Source: Verrucomicrobiaceae bacterium
Lineage (GTDB): Bacteria; Verrucomicrobiota; Verrucomicrobiia; Opitutales; Intestinicryptomonadaceae
DNA length: 64,000 bases
NCBI GenBank assembly: GCA_015061955.1
Contig: SUVO01000001.1
Span: 2,233 to 66,232, forward strand
Direction: 5' to 3'
Every line of letters starts with the position of its first letter. Position 1 is the stretch's first letter. Shown here piece after piece: positions 41,101 through 51,955 of this stretch. The translations under genes were made by a program, and so were the position numbers. Below the pieces are notes generated by a model. That model was given only the letters and a program-made list of their open reading frames with translations, did not search any database and was not told the DNA's origin.

Positions 41101-42274
41101 ATGACAAGTTTTGAAAAAATTATATTTATGATTATTGATACTGAAGTAAAAAATTCTGCTGAAAACATAAAGAAACGTGCTGGATACTTATGGAGGTTTC
41201 TTTGACGTCCCTAAAAAGCAAGAAGAAATCGAAGAATTAGAAAAAGCTATGTCGGCTCCAACATTCTGGGACGATCAAACATCGGCTCAGAAAACAGTAT
41301 CCGATATGGCTCGTTTAAAAGCCTTAGTTGCTCCACAACTTCAGTTGAAGACTATGATTGACGACCTTCAGGCTCTATTTGAGCTTGCTGAAGAATCCGA
41401 CGACGATCAGGCTTTGGCATCTGACTTAGCTTCAGAAACTCAATCATTAGCTGAATTTTTAGATCGTATAGAAATTGAATCATTCTTGAGTGGTCCACAC
41501 GATAAATGCAATGCTATTGTTACAATACACGCAGGTGCTGGTGGTACCGAAAGTTGCGATTGGGCTGAAATGCTATTTAGAATGTATATGCGTTGGGCTG
41601 AACGCAGAGGATTTTCTTTAGAAATTGAAGATATGCAAGATGGCGAAGAAGCAGGGGTTTCAAAAGTAACTTTCAGAGTTGTTGGCAATAATGCTTATGG
41701 TTATATAAAAGCTGAACGTGGAGTACATCGTTTAGTGCGTATTAGTCCATTCGATTCTAACAAACGCCGTCATACATCGTTTTCTTCTGTCGATATTATT
41801 GCAGAAATTGAAGAAGATATAGACATTGAAATCAAAGAAGAAGAACTGAAAATCGATACTTACAGAGCCAGTGGTAAAGGTGGTCAGCACGTCAACAAAA
41901 CCGAAAGTGCTGTTCGTATAACACACATACCAACAGGGATTGTGGTTGCATGTCAGAACGAGCGTTCGCAGTTTAAAAATAAGGCAACTGCAATGAAAAT
42001 TCTTAAAAGTAGAATTTACGAAAAACTTCTCGATCAAAAACGTTCTGAAATGGATAAGTTTTATGGCGAGAAAGGTGAAATATCGTGGGGTAATCAGATA
42101 CGAAGTTATGTTTTTCAACCATATCAGATGGTAAAAGACCTCCGAACTGGTGCCGAAACAGGCAACTTGCAAGCTGTTATGGACGGCGATATAGATTTGT
42201 TTATAAATGCGTGGCTTAGAGCTGGTGGTCCAACAACACGCAATAAAAATTATCAATTAGATGAAGACGAATAA
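41101..42274 (+). CDS. prfB: peptide chain release factor 2 with a programmed +1 frameshift at 41200-41206
   Basis: Frame 0 runs from the ATG at 41101 (or 41128) to the in-frame TGA at 41203-41205: ...RAGYLWRFL*. The +1 frame from GAC at 41204 encodes [14 protein letters not shown]... and the full RF2 body, including SPFDS and [13 protein letters not shown]. An SD-like GGAGG (41192-41196) lies 3 nt before the CTT TGA C shift site, as in E. coli prfB. Confidence 0.85.
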
Positions 42275-42275
42275 T

Positions 42276-44480
42276 ATGAAAAAATTATCTATTACAATTA
42301 TCTTATCGACAATCTTATTTTTAACTGGGTGCGATTATAAAAAGGAAAACATTGATTATGTAAATATGTATATTGGCTCAAAAGGTATACATTTTACGCA
42401 GAATACAGAATATGGTGGTACAACGCCTGCCGTTAGCGCACCTTTCGGTATGACTCAATGGTGTGCAGCAACTCGTGTTAATTGTATATCTAAGACAATG
42501 TATCATTACGATGATACAAATTTGATTGGCTTTATGGCAACACATCAACCTTGTGTGTGGATGGGTGATTATGGTTATGTAACATTTATGCCTCAGTGTA
42601 AGGTACGTTTTGATGCTATTGAACGTGCTCAAAAAATCGATAAATCTAAGGAAATTGCTACTCCTTATTTCTACGAAGTATCTTTTGAAGATTTCCCTAA
42701 TGGTATAATTAAGACTCAATTGACTGCAACTTCACGTTGTGGTTTTGCAAAAATAACATATCCTAAAGGTAGTGAGCCATCGTTTATGATTGAAATTACT
42801 CGTGGCTTAGGCGAGGGTAATTATATTATCGATAAACAGAAACGTGAAGTTCGCGTTTACAACGCTGAAACTCACGAAAAACACATAAGCCCAAAGCTTA
42901 AAAATTTAAAAGGCTATTATGTGTTTAAGTTCAATAAAAATATTAAAGATTTTATAGTGTTGCATCATGCACGTTTTTCAAAAGATAAGTCGCTTACATC
43001 TGAAAATCAGATGTCTATAAATGTGCAGTTTGCAAAAGGTACAGAAGATGTTGAAGTTTGTATAGGTTCGTCGTTCATCGATTACGCTCAAGCAGAAGAT
43101 AATCTCAACAGAGAAATTGGCAACAAGAGTTTTGCTGAAGTTAAAGAAAGTGTAAAGTCTTTGTGGTCGAATTATCTAAATAAGGTTAATATCGAAGGTG
43201 CAACAGATGCAGAAAGAACAATGTTCTATACATCGCTTTTTAGAACATTGCAGTATCCTCGCGAATTTTCAGAGTACGGTCGTTATTACAGTGCTTTTGA
43301 TGATAAAGTTCATAATGGTGTTTCTTACAACGCATACTCGTTGTGGGATACCTTTCGCGCTCAACATCCATGGCTTCAGATTATAGCACCTGAGCGTGTT
43401 GATGATATGATGCAAGCTTTAGTGCAAATGTACAAAGAAAGTGGTTGGTTTCCTAAGTGGCCAAATCCGTCGTTTACAAATATTATGATTGGCACTCATG
43501 CCGATACTGTAATAGCCGATGCATATATAAATGGGTTTAGAAACTTTGATGTAAAAACAGCTTTTGAAGGTATGAAGAAAGATGCTACAATACCTCCAAA
43601 AGACGACCTTAAAAAAGATTGGCGCGATGTAAATAGAATTAGAGTTCCAGAACATCATACAAAGTGGGAACGCGATGGTTATGAGGCTCGTGGTGGACTT
43701 ACAAACTATTTAAAACTCGGTTATGTAGCAGCCGATTATACAAGAGAATCTGTATCACGAACTCTCGAATTTGCTTTGAGCGATTACTGTATTGCTCAAA
43801 TGGCAAAGGCAATGGGTAATGAAGCCGATTATAAGTATTTTATGAAGCAATCGCAAAATTATAAAAATTTGTATAATGCTAAAACTGCGTTTTTCCATGC
43901 AAAAAATTCAGATGGCTCGTTCCATAAAAATAAAAATGAAGGTTTAACCGAAGCTAGCAATTGGAATTACAGATTTTGTGTAATGCAAGATGCACAAGGT
44001 CTTATTGATTTAATGGGTGGCGCAGAAAATTTTGTAAAGAATTTAGATGAAGTTTTTGATGGAAAACATTATCGTCATGATAACGAGCCTTCGCATCACT
44101 ATGTGTATATGTACAACTATTGTAATCGTTTAGATAAAGCTCAGTTGCGAATACCAAACATTATAAAGAAAAATTATAGTGCGTTGCCAGATGGTCTTTC
44201 TGGTAATGACGATTGTGGTCAGATGTCGGCATGGTATTTGTATAGTTGTATGGGTTTTTATCCTGTATGTTCGGCTTCGGGCGAATACGCATTGGGTATT
44301 CCACAGTTCAAACGTATAACAGTTGCCCTTAGAAATGGTAAAACTCTCGAGATTGTTGCCGATAAAATTGGTAAAGAAAAGGTTTTGACAAACGTTTCAT
44401 TCAATGGCAAAAAACTTGAAAGAAATTTTATAAAAGTTGGTGATGTTTTCAATGGTGGAAAACTCGTTTTCGATAAATAA
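42276..44480 (+). CDS. secreted lipoprotein glycoside hydrolase, GH92-like (putative alpha-mannosidase family)
   Basis: Signal peptide with a lipobox (LTGC). About 735 aa with blocks such as GTHADTVIADAYINGF and NEPSHHYVYMYNY that resemble GH92. I could not verify the family. Confidence 0.4.
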   Translation: MKKLSITIILSTILFLTGCDYKKENIDYVNMYIGSKGIHFTQNTEYGGTTPAVSAPFGMTQWCAATRVNCISKTMYHYDDTNLIGFMATHQPCVWMGDYGYVTFMPQCKVRFDAIERAQKIDKSKEIATPYFYEVSFEDFPNGIIKTQLTATSRCGFAKITYPKGSEPSFMIEITRGLGEGNYIIDKQKREVRVYNAETHEKHISPKLKNLKGYYVFKFNKNIKDFIVLHHARFSKDKSLTSENQMSINVQFAKGTEDVEVCIGSSFIDYAQAEDNLNREIGNKSFAEVKESVKSLWSNYLNKVNIEGATDAERTMFYTSLFRTLQYPREFSEYGRYYSAFDDKVHNGVSYNAYSLWDTFRAQHPWLQIIAPERVDDMMQALVQMYKESGWFPKWPNPSFTNIMIGTHADTVIADAYINGFRNFDVKTAFEGMKKDATIPPKDDLKKDWRDVNRIRVPEHHTKWERDGYEARGGLTNYLKLGYVAADYTRESVSRTLEFALSDYCIAQMAKAMGNEADYKYFMKQSQNYKNLYNAKTAFFHAKNSDGSFHKNKNEGLTEASNWNYRFCVMQDAQGLIDLMGGAENFVKNLDEVFDGKHYRHDNEPSHHYVYMYNYCNRLDKAQLRIPNIIKKNYSALPDGLSGNDDCGQMSAWYLYSCMGFYPVCSASGEYALGIPQFKRITVALRNGKTLEIVADKIGKEKVLTNVSFNGKKLERNFIKVGDVFNGGKLVFDK

Positions 44481-44490
44481 AACAAGTACT

Positions 44491-44988
44491 ATGTTAGAGT
44501 GGCAAATAAAACCTTTGGCAAAAAAATCGACATCAGGTAAAGAAATTAAGCCTGGCGATACTGTTGTGTGTGCAGTGTTTATAGATGAACTCGGCAATTT
44601 GGATCGAGCTGATTTTTTGAAAGAAGAATTTAATCAACAACAAATATCAGGTAGAACAATAGGTCGCTGGGAGCGTGTAGTGAGTGCAAATCCTGATGAA
44701 GATGAGCGTATGGCGCGCAAAATGTCGTTGGCATCGTCAGAAGACTTTTTTATATCGTTGTTTGATGATTCATCGCAAGTTCAGACAGAAGAAGCTGATG
44801 TGGTAAAGCAAATGCTTGCATTGTTGTTGGAACGAAAACGTGTGTTGCGTCCGATGGGTAGAGCAGTAGGTGATGTTCAAAAATATCTGCATGTTTCTAC
44901 GAAACGCGTGTTTGAAGTTCCTCAAAAAAATTTAGACGAAGATTTAATTATAAAAATTCAATCACAATTAGGAAGCATAATAATATGA
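44491..44988 (+). CDS. hypothetical protein
   Basis: Its ORF overlaps the next gene by ATGA. No family recognised. Confidence 0.3.
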   Translation: MLEWQIKPLAKKSTSGKEIKPGDTVVCAVFIDELGNLDRADFLKEEFNQQQISGRTIGRWERVVSANPDEDERMARKMSLASSEDFFISLFDDSSQVQTEEADVVKQMLALLLERKRVLRPMGRAVGDVQKYLHVSTKRVFEVPQKNLDEDLIIKIQSQLGSIII

Positions 44989-45494
44989 AAATACTTAAAT
45001 TTATATCTCTTTTATTTATTACATTGTTGGTGTCGGCTTGTAGCAGTAATAAAGATGCCAAGTTAATTACTTTTAATGTGGCAACTTTGCGTGGTGTTGA
45101 TACCGGACGCGCATATAAATCGGTTGTTATGCCCATAACAGGAACTCGTTTGTTTGTTAATACCGATATCATTTTGTATAGTGGTGATATCGAAAAAATT
45201 AATGTTGCCGAAAATGCAATGCCAATGGGAGGTAAAATAGAAGGTTTCTATTTTACATTGAATGACCGTGGTATTAGAAAACTCACTAATGCTACTGCAT
45301 CGAATATGGGTTCTTACATAGTTTGCAGTTATAATTCGAATCCAATAGGTTTGCGTATAATAGACACAGTTATTACCGATGGTCGTTTGTTTGTTCCAAG
45401 TGAATATTACGATGCTAAAAAGACTATTCACGAATTTGTAGAGGAAATGACAGATGAACTCGACAAAGTAAACGAAATGAAACGAGACCTCTAA
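44985..45494 (+). CDS. hypothetical lipoprotein
   Basis: Signal peptide with a lipobox (LLVSAC). Confidence 0.4.
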   Translation: MKILKFISLLFITLLVSACSSNKDAKLITFNVATLRGVDTGRAYKSVVMPITGTRLFVNTDIILYSGDIEKINVAENAMPMGGKIEGFYFTLNDRGIRKLTNATASNMGSYIVCSYNSNPIGLRIIDTVITDGRLFVPSEYYDAKKTIHEFVEEMTDELDKVNEMKRDL

Positions 45495-45498
45495 CTTT

Positions 45499-46491
45499 AT
45501 GTTGCGATACCTTTCATTAGTAATATTAGCTTTTTCTTGCCATGCTCTAAATGCTGACGTTGTTTGGCCAACGCCTTTAGACGATTTTGCGTTAGGGCGT
45601 AACCCCGAAAGTTTTTTGCAACCTACTGCAAGTGGAAATCCAACCAGTGGTGCTTTTGGTGATGTTCGTAATAACGGCTATAAATTTCATGAAGGTATTG
45701 ATATTCGTCCGTCGAAACGCGATAAACGTCGAGAAGCTCTCGATGATATTTATGCTGCTTTAGATGGTAAGATTGTTTGCGTAAATCAGCATTCGGGTAA
45801 TAGTGGTTATGGCAAATACGTTGTGATGGTTCATACTAACGAAGATGTTCAAGTTTATTCGCTTTATGCTCACTTAGCTGAAATCGATAAAGCAGTTGGT
45901 GTTGGTCGTTCGTTTAAGGCAGGTGAGCGTTTGGGTAAAATGGGGCGTTCGGCTGGAGGGTATAAAATTCCAAAAGAACAAGCTCATTTGCATTTTGAAA
46001 TTGGTCTTATGTCGAGTATGAGTTTCAATAAGTGGTATTATGGATCGCGTAAGTTCAAAGAGAAAAACAGATTTGGTAATTATAATGGTATAAATTTAAC
46101 AGGTTTTGATCCACTCGATTTTATGTATGCTGCTCGTGCTGGTAAGGTTTCGAGTATGGCAAAGTATATTCAAGGTTTACCAACTGCATTTGTTGTCAGA
46201 GTTTATACAAATACAATTCCTGATTTCGTAAAAATGTATCCTAATTTGGTAGATAACAATGGTTCTGATTGTGGGTGGGATATCCATTTTACATGGTATG
46301 GATTACCTCAAAAATTTGAACGTATAAAAAATCCCGACATTAAAAAACGTGGTTCAGGTGAAATAGAAATTGTAAAGTATAATCCTGAAGAAATAAAGCG
46401 TAAGTGTAGAGTTATGATGGTAGTTAATCGAAAAGGACAAGTTTTTGTAAAAACGACTTTAGTAGAAACTATAAAGAAACTTTTCCCATAA
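45499..46491 (+). CDS. M23-family metallopeptidase (LytM-like)
   Basis: HEGIDI, YAHL and HLHFE blocks typical of peptidase M23, plus a signal peptide. Confidence 0.55.
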   Translation: MLRYLSLVILAFSCHALNADVVWPTPLDDFALGRNPESFLQPTASGNPTSGAFGDVRNNGYKFHEGIDIRPSKRDKRREALDDIYAALDGKIVCVNQHSGNSGYGKYVVMVHTNEDVQVYSLYAHLAEIDKAVGVGRSFKAGERLGKMGRSAGGYKIPKEQAHLHFEIGLMSSMSFNKWYYGSRKFKEKNRFGNYNGINLTGFDPLDFMYAARAGKVSSMAKYIQGLPTAFVVRVYTNTIPDFVKMYPNLVDNNGSDCGWDIHFTWYGLPQKFERIKNPDIKKRGSGEIEIVKYNPEEIKRKCRVMMVVNRKGQVFVKTTLVETIKKLFP

Positions 46492-46577
46492 ACGATATTT
46501 AAAACTTATAATTTGAAAATAAATCTTGACAATCTATCAACTCAAATCTAATTAACATAAGGGAAAATCAACCGACT

Positions 46578-48134
46578 ATGAATAGTTTAGATGATAAATT
46601 TTTCTTGGACGCCGATGCGTTCTTCCATGCCAACGCGGGTTATGCCCTAACTTACGATGATGTGTCTTTGGCTACACAGTATTCTGATGTTCTTCCTCGT
46701 GAAACCAGAACCGATTCGTCGTTGTCTGATTCTATTGATTTGCCTTTGCCGATTATTTCATCGGATATGGATACTGTTACAGAATCGCAGATGGCTATCG
46801 CAATGGCTCGAAATGGTGGTTTGGGACTTATTCATTGCAATATGTCGCAACAAGATCAGCTTGCAGAGGTAATAAGAGTAAAAAATTACATACACGGTTT
46901 AATTCAAGATCCTATAAAAGTTTCGCCAAATATGTTGATTGGCGATGTACTTGGAATGGTAACCGATAAGAATTTCCGTTTCCGTACATTCCCAGTTGTT
47001 GATGAAAATAATACTCTTGTTGGTTTGCTTCCAGGTAGTATTGTAAAGGATCGTTATGCTTCGTTGCCAGTGGCTAAAGCAATGACTCCTCGTTCAGAAG
47101 TTTATACAGTGCGTCAAAGCGAGCTTGGTGGTGATCCAATAGCAGTTGCCGATACTTTCTTTGATAAACATTTTGGAGTTCATAAACTTTTGGTTGTTGA
47201 CGATAACGATAAATTGCGTGGCTTGTTCACTCTTAGCGATATCGAACGTATTTCAGAAGAACGCAATCGTCAGCAAAAGAATACTCGCGACTCTAAATTC
47301 CGTTTGCGTTGTGGTGCGTCGATTGCAATGATGCGTAAGCCAGATGGCTCGCTCGATTTTGAAAACATTATAAATCATGTTGGCTCTATGGTTGACGAAG
47401 GCTTAGATGTTGCAGCAGTTTCCACAGCTCATGGCTTTACACAAGGTGTTGGCGATACTGTAAAAGCACTTCGCGATGCATTTCCTGAATTGACCTTGAT
47501 TGGTGGTAATGTAACTAATGCTGCTGGGGTAGAGTTTCTTGCAGAACGTGGTGCCGATGCTATCAAAATTGGTCAAGGTCCTGGTTCTATTTGTACAACT
47601 CGTATCGTTGCTGGTGTCGGTATACCTCAGCTTACAGCGTTGTATGTTTGCTCAACACAGGCACGCAAGCTTGGTGTTCGTACTATTGCCGATGGTGGTA
47701 TTACCAAAAGTGGCGATATGGTTAAAGCCTTGACTCTTGCAGATTGTATGATTTGTGGTGGGCTTCTTGCAGGTTGTCCTGAAGCTCCTGGACAGATTAT
47801 GGAAATTAATGGCAAGATGTATAAGCAGTATCGTGGTATGGGTTCGTTATCTGCTATGAAGGCTGGTTCGGCTGCTCGCTACGGACACGATATCAAAAAT
47901 AAGACCGACAAAATTACAGCTGAAGGTGTTGAAGCACTCAAAGAAGTTTCAGTTTCGGTTGATGATATGTTGCGTCAGTTTGTTGGTGGTATTCAAAGTG
48001 GTATGGGCTATCTTGGTGCAAGAACGTTGCCTGAGCTTCGTGCAAATGCTCGTTTTACACGTTTGACTGGTGCTGGTCAAAAGGAAAGCTCGCCTCACGA
48101 TGTAATTGAAATCAAGCAAACTCCAAGTAAATAG
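46578..48134 (+). CDS. guaB: inosine-5'-monophosphate dehydrogenase
   Basis: Catalytic loop [12 protein letters not shown] and a tandem CBS-pair insertion. Collinear with IMPDH. Confidence 0.85.
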   Translation: MNSLDDKFFLDADAFFHANAGYALTYDDVSLATQYSDVLPRETRTDSSLSDSIDLPLPIISSDMDTVTESQMAIAMARNGGLGLIHCNMSQQDQLAEVIRVKNYIHGLIQDPIKVSPNMLIGDVLGMVTDKNFRFRTFPVVDENNTLVGLLPGSIVKDRYASLPVAKAMTPRSEVYTVRQSELGGDPIAVADTFFDKHFGVHKLLVVDDNDKLRGLFTLSDIERISEERNRQQKNTRDSKFRLRCGASIAMMRKPDGSLDFENIINHVGSMVDEGLDVAAVSTAHGFTQGVGDTVKALRDAFPELTLIGGNVTNAAGVEFLAERGADAIKIGQGPGSICTTRIVAGVGIPQLTALYVCSTQARKLGVRTIADGGITKSGDMVKALTLADCMICGGLLAGCPEAPGQIMEINGKMYKQYRGMGSLSAMKAGSAARYGHDIKNKTDKITAEGVEALKEVSVSVDDMLRQFVGGIQSGMGYLGARTLPELRANARFTRLTGAGQKESSPHDVIEIKQTPSK

Positions 48135-48150
48135 TTTTTTTATAAAAAAT

Positions 48151-48185
48151 AAAAGCAGTGTAAGAAAAAATACACTGCTTTTTTG
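48151..48185. terminator. hairpin terminator between guaB (+) and holA (-)
   Basis: aagcagtgta, loop agaaaaaa, tacactgctt, then TTTTT. A-rich on the other side, so possibly bidirectional. Confidence 0.55.
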
Positions 48186-48200
48186 TTTGTAACAAATATA

Positions 48201-49298
48201 TTAACGAACTGATAAAAATAATTCGCGCATTATAGCTTCATCGTTATTCGGACGCGTTATCAAATTCTCAAAAGCTTTAGTCAAATTCATCTGAATATCT
48301 ATAAGTTGCTTTAGTGTAAATTTAGCAGCAATAGGGGCAAGCTTTGAGCCTGCATACCATTCGTTTTGAGAAAATAAATTGTACGAACTTTTTTTATCGG
48401 CACCTTCAAAATATTTGCCTAAAATATTTTCGGCGTTTGAAATTGCACCTCTTGGCTGAGGTGAATTTACGCGTGGCAGAATTTTTGTATCCATTAAAGT
48501 TCTCAACTGAATAAGTAGTGAGTTTTGCTTTTGTATAACTGTTATTATTGGGCGTGCCGACGCGTTTTTATTTGTGAAAAAATATCGGTGCAGTGCTGCC
48601 ATTGCTGTTTCTATATCACCAGAATAAAAAGCGTTCGATATTTCAAAAAAATCGCCTTCGCCAAAAATTGGTACCATATCTATTACATCTTTTTCTGAAA
48701 TAGGACGTTCAAAATTTACATATGTAGCAAGCTTTTTTAACTCTTGAAGCGCCATACGCGAATTATTTGCAACAATGGCAGATATTGTTTCTGGAACACC
48801 TCGCTCAAGTTCTATGTTTAATTTCTTGGCTTCTATTTTAATTAAATCGCTACATGCGTTTTCTGAATCTTTTGTTTTAAAGTCTTCAAAATTTGATGTT
48901 GAGCTGAAATCCTTAAATATCTTGCTTGTTCGATTTACAGGCGAGGCATTTATTATTACTGTTACGTCGTTTGGCGATAATTCGGAAAGAGTGTTTAGCA
49001 TATGCTTTAATGCTTCGCGAACATCGTCGTTTTTAGATATAGGCGAATCGTTAAGGAAGTTTAGATTACGCGCCCACACTACTTTCTTTCCTCCAAAAAG
49101 AGGTGTTGTAAGTGCTGCCGATACAATTTTATTACACACGTTTAAAGCATCTTCTATTTTGCTTACAGTAGCTTCTATTATCTCAATAGACATATCATCT
49201 AAGACTTCTCTTGAAGCTTCTTCGTATATTTCTCTTGCTCTATTGATAGCAATGAAATCATCGTCTGAGACAATTAAATGTATAACGTGTTCTGACAT
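48201..49298 (-). CDS. holA: DNA polymerase III delta subunit
   Basis: About 365 aa with a helical AAA-like delta architecture and N-terminal conservation. Moderate confidence. Confidence 0.5.
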   Translation of the reverse strand: MSEHVIHLIVSDDDFIAINRAREIYEEASREVLDDMSIEIIEATVSKIEDALNVCNKIVSAALTTPLFGGKKVVWARNLNFLNDSPISKNDDVREALKHMLNTLSELSPNDVTVIINASPVNRTSKIFKDFSSTSNFEDFKTKDSENACSDLIKIEAKKLNIELERGVPETISAIVANNSRMALQELKKLATYVNFERPISEKDVIDMVPIFGEGDFFEISNAFYSGDIETAMAALHRYFFTNKNASARPIITVIQKQNSLLIQLRTLMDTKILPRVNSPQPRGAISNAENILGKYFEGADKKSSYNLFSQNEWYAGSKLAPIAAKFTLKQLIDIQMNLTKAFENLITRPNNDEAIMRELFLSVR

Positions 49299-49431
49299 AC
49301 TCTCTATACTTTTTTTTTATGATACAATGTCAAATCAAATAATAATATGTTTATGTTGGCAAATAAAAAAGGTTGCAATGAATTCATCGGTTTTAAATAA
49401 TTAAGTCAAACGTTTAATTTACTTATAATTT

Positions 49432-51813
49432 ATGAAGAAAATAATAAATATCTTGATGATGTGTTTGGGATTTTCGGTACCATCGTATGCCGATACCTAC
49501 GAAAATCCGGTTGTTGAAACCGATGCAATTTGGCAGAATGTTCCTAATGCCTTAAAAAGTGCAATGTGGATGTGGCCAGGAGAAGGCTCGTGGGGGTACG
49601 ATATCACAAATTCATATGCTGGTTTTAGAAAAACTTTCGATATTAAAAATAAACCTCAAAAAGCAATAATGTACATAACTGCCGATGCTACATATCGTTT
49701 GTACATAAATGGAGAGTTTGTCTGTAATGGTCCTGCTCGTGGTTATCAACGTTCGTGGCCTTATGACGAAGTTGATGTTGCCCGATATTTGAAAGTTGGT
49801 AAAAACGTAATAGCAGTACGCGTATTTAATCCTGGCAGACACACCTTTAGCTATGTTTTTGAAGGTAGAGCAGGTTTGTTGTTTGCTTTAGATATGGGTA
49901 AAGATTGTGTTATAAAATCTGATACTAAAATCAAGTGCCGTCGCCTTGTAGGTTATCATCGTGAAACAGCGCCATATTCTGTTCAACGCGAAAATCAGGA
50001 ACATGTTGACCTTCGCATAGAAAATCCTGAGTGGATTTTACCAGAATTTGATGATTCTTCTTGGGATACTGGTACAAAGTGGGCACGTTCTTGTTATAAT
50101 GCAATGCCATATTACTCGTTTGAAGAACGTATGATTCCTATGAACGAGTACAAAATTATTTCAATGAAAACTCTCGTTGCAGAAGGCGAAGGCAAGGCAC
50201 TTGATAATTCCGACAAAGTTCAAAATGTTGCAAAACTCATAGCTATGGAGGGAGAGACGTTGCAAAAGGGTATTGAAAAACAACAGACTTCTTTTGTTGT
50301 TTCACCATCTGCAAAAGATATGCAACGTTCGTATTTGATAGACTTTGGCAAAGTAAATGTTGGTATTCCTATTTTTAAAGTAGAAGGTGCTAATGGTGGC
50401 GAAATTATTGATACCTTGTTTACTGAATATTACACAGATGGTTATGATGTCGATAACCCATACAACATTGGTTCAATGCGTTCTATGGCTAACAGAATGA
50501 TTTGTAGAAAGGGCAGTTTTACTCACGAGTTTCATGCCTTACAGGGATTTCGCTATATGCTTGTTCGTGTTCGCAATAACTCGAGTCAACTCAAGATAAC
50601 ACCTACACTTCGTTGGGCTGCATATCCACATGCCGATAAGGGTGTTTTTAAGGTTTCAAACGATAACGCTCAAAAGATATGGAATGCTTGCAAACATACG
50701 CAAAAAATTTGTTCGCTCGATGCTTATGTTGATACGCCTTTTAGAGAACAAGCTCAATGGTGGGGCGATGCTCGCGTTCAAGCGTGGAATTCGTTCTTTA
50801 TATCGGGCGATACCAAGTTGTTGCGTAGAGGTATAAAAATTATATCTATGCAACAAGTTCCCAATGGTCTTACTTACGGACACGCTCCAACATTTGCACA
50901 CTCCTGCATATTGCCCGATTTCTCGCTGACTTGGATTATGACTATTTGGGATTATTATTGGCAAACTGGTTCTATCGAGCCTTATCTCAAGCACAAGAAG
51001 GTTGTAGATGCTATTATTTCGTACTTCGAGAATATGACTGATGAGAAAACTGGATTGGTAAAATACGATAATCGTTATTGGTTGTTCCTTGATTGGACTG
51101 GCATTCAGAAAAGTGGTCAACCAGCAATACTTAATCATTGGTATTTGCAGGCTATGGACAAACTTGTTTTAATGTGCAAGCAAAACAATTTGCAAGCCGA
51201 TGCTAAGCGTTACGAACGCATAGCAAAAAACATAAGAAAATCTATTCAGACACACTTGATAAACAAAGATGGGTTAGCTGTTGATGGTATATTACCCGAT
51301 GGTACACAAAACAAACTTTGTAGTATACAAGCTCAGATTGTATCGAAGATGAACAACATTGAGGGGTTCGATTTTGAAAAAGCCAAAACTAAAATTTTGT
51401 TGCCATACTTAAGATCCGATTTAAAAACACATGCCGAGCCATCTTCGTTCTGGGTTGTTTATGTTTTTATGACTATGGTTGATGCTGGTTATGGTCAAGA
51501 CGTTTACAACTTCATTATGCGTCGTTGGAAAGATATGGGCGAATATGGTACTACCTTTGAAAATTACGATGCCTCAAAGATGACGCACTCGCATGCTTGG
51601 ACTGCTCATCCAGCATTTATTCTACCTCAAATTTTAGGTGGTATAAAACAACTTAGTGCAGGATGGAAAAAAGTTTCTATAAACCCTTCAAATATTGAAG
51701 ATGCTTACGAGATTGTTTATCCTACACCATTGGGTGATATAGTTGTGAAAAAAGAATCTGGTAAAAAGCCGAGAGTCGAAATTCCCGTAGGTATAGAGAT
51801 AGTTAATAAATAG
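49432..51813 (+). CDS. secreted glycoside hydrolase with an (alpha/alpha)6 domain, alpha-L-rhamnosidase (GH78)-like
   Basis: Signal peptide, an N-terminal beta-sandwich resembling the bacterial rhamnosidase N-domain, and a C-terminal six-hairpin region (WWGDARVQAW...). Confidence 0.4.
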   Translation: MKKIINILMMCLGFSVPSYADTYENPVVETDAIWQNVPNALKSAMWMWPGEGSWGYDITNSYAGFRKTFDIKNKPQKAIMYITADATYRLYINGEFVCNGPARGYQRSWPYDEVDVARYLKVGKNVIAVRVFNPGRHTFSYVFEGRAGLLFALDMGKDCVIKSDTKIKCRRLVGYHRETAPYSVQRENQEHVDLRIENPEWILPEFDDSSWDTGTKWARSCYNAMPYYSFEERMIPMNEYKIISMKTLVAEGEGKALDNSDKVQNVAKLIAMEGETLQKGIEKQQTSFVVSPSAKDMQRSYLIDFGKVNVGIPIFKVEGANGGEIIDTLFTEYYTDGYDVDNPYNIGSMRSMANRMICRKGSFTHEFHALQGFRYMLVRVRNNSSQLKITPTLRWAAYPHADKGVFKVSNDNAQKIWNACKHTQKICSLDAYVDTPFREQAQWWGDARVQAWNSFFISGDTKLLRRGIKIISMQQVPNGLTYGHAPTFAHSCILPDFSLTWIMTIWDYYWQTGSIEPYLKHKKVVDAIISYFENMTDEKTGLVKYDNRYWLFLDWTGIQKSGQPAILNHWYLQAMDKLVLMCKQNNLQADAKRYERIAKNIRKSIQTHLINKDGLAVDGILPDGTQNKLCSIQAQIVSKMNNIEGFDFEKAKTKILLPYLRSDLKTHAEPSSFWVVYVFMTMVDAGYGQDVYNFIMRRWKDMGEYGTTFENYDASKMTHSHAWTAHPAFILPQILGGIKQLSAGWKKVSINPSNIEDAYEIVYPTPLGDIVVKKESGKKPRVEIPVGIEIVNK

Positions 51814-51831
51814 AAATGTTTTAAGAATGAG

Positions 51832-51863
51832 AAATGGTATTCGAATAGAATACCATTTTTTTG
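51832..51863 (+). terminator. terminator after the GH78-like gene
   Basis: atggtattc, loop gaata, gaataccat, then TTTTTTT. Confidence 0.6.
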
Positions 51864-51955
51864 AAATTATTTTTTATTGACTTTTTTATTAAAAAGAAAA
51901 AGATGTGGGCAGTTCAAGGAACATAACGAAACACGAATGAAAGGAAATACGTAAT

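Noticed and set aside
42261-42275. Start of the GH92-like gene at 42261, which overlaps prfB.
   Set aside because: That ATG lies inside the prfB codons for DED. The ATG at 42276 is followed directly by a lipoprotein signal peptide.
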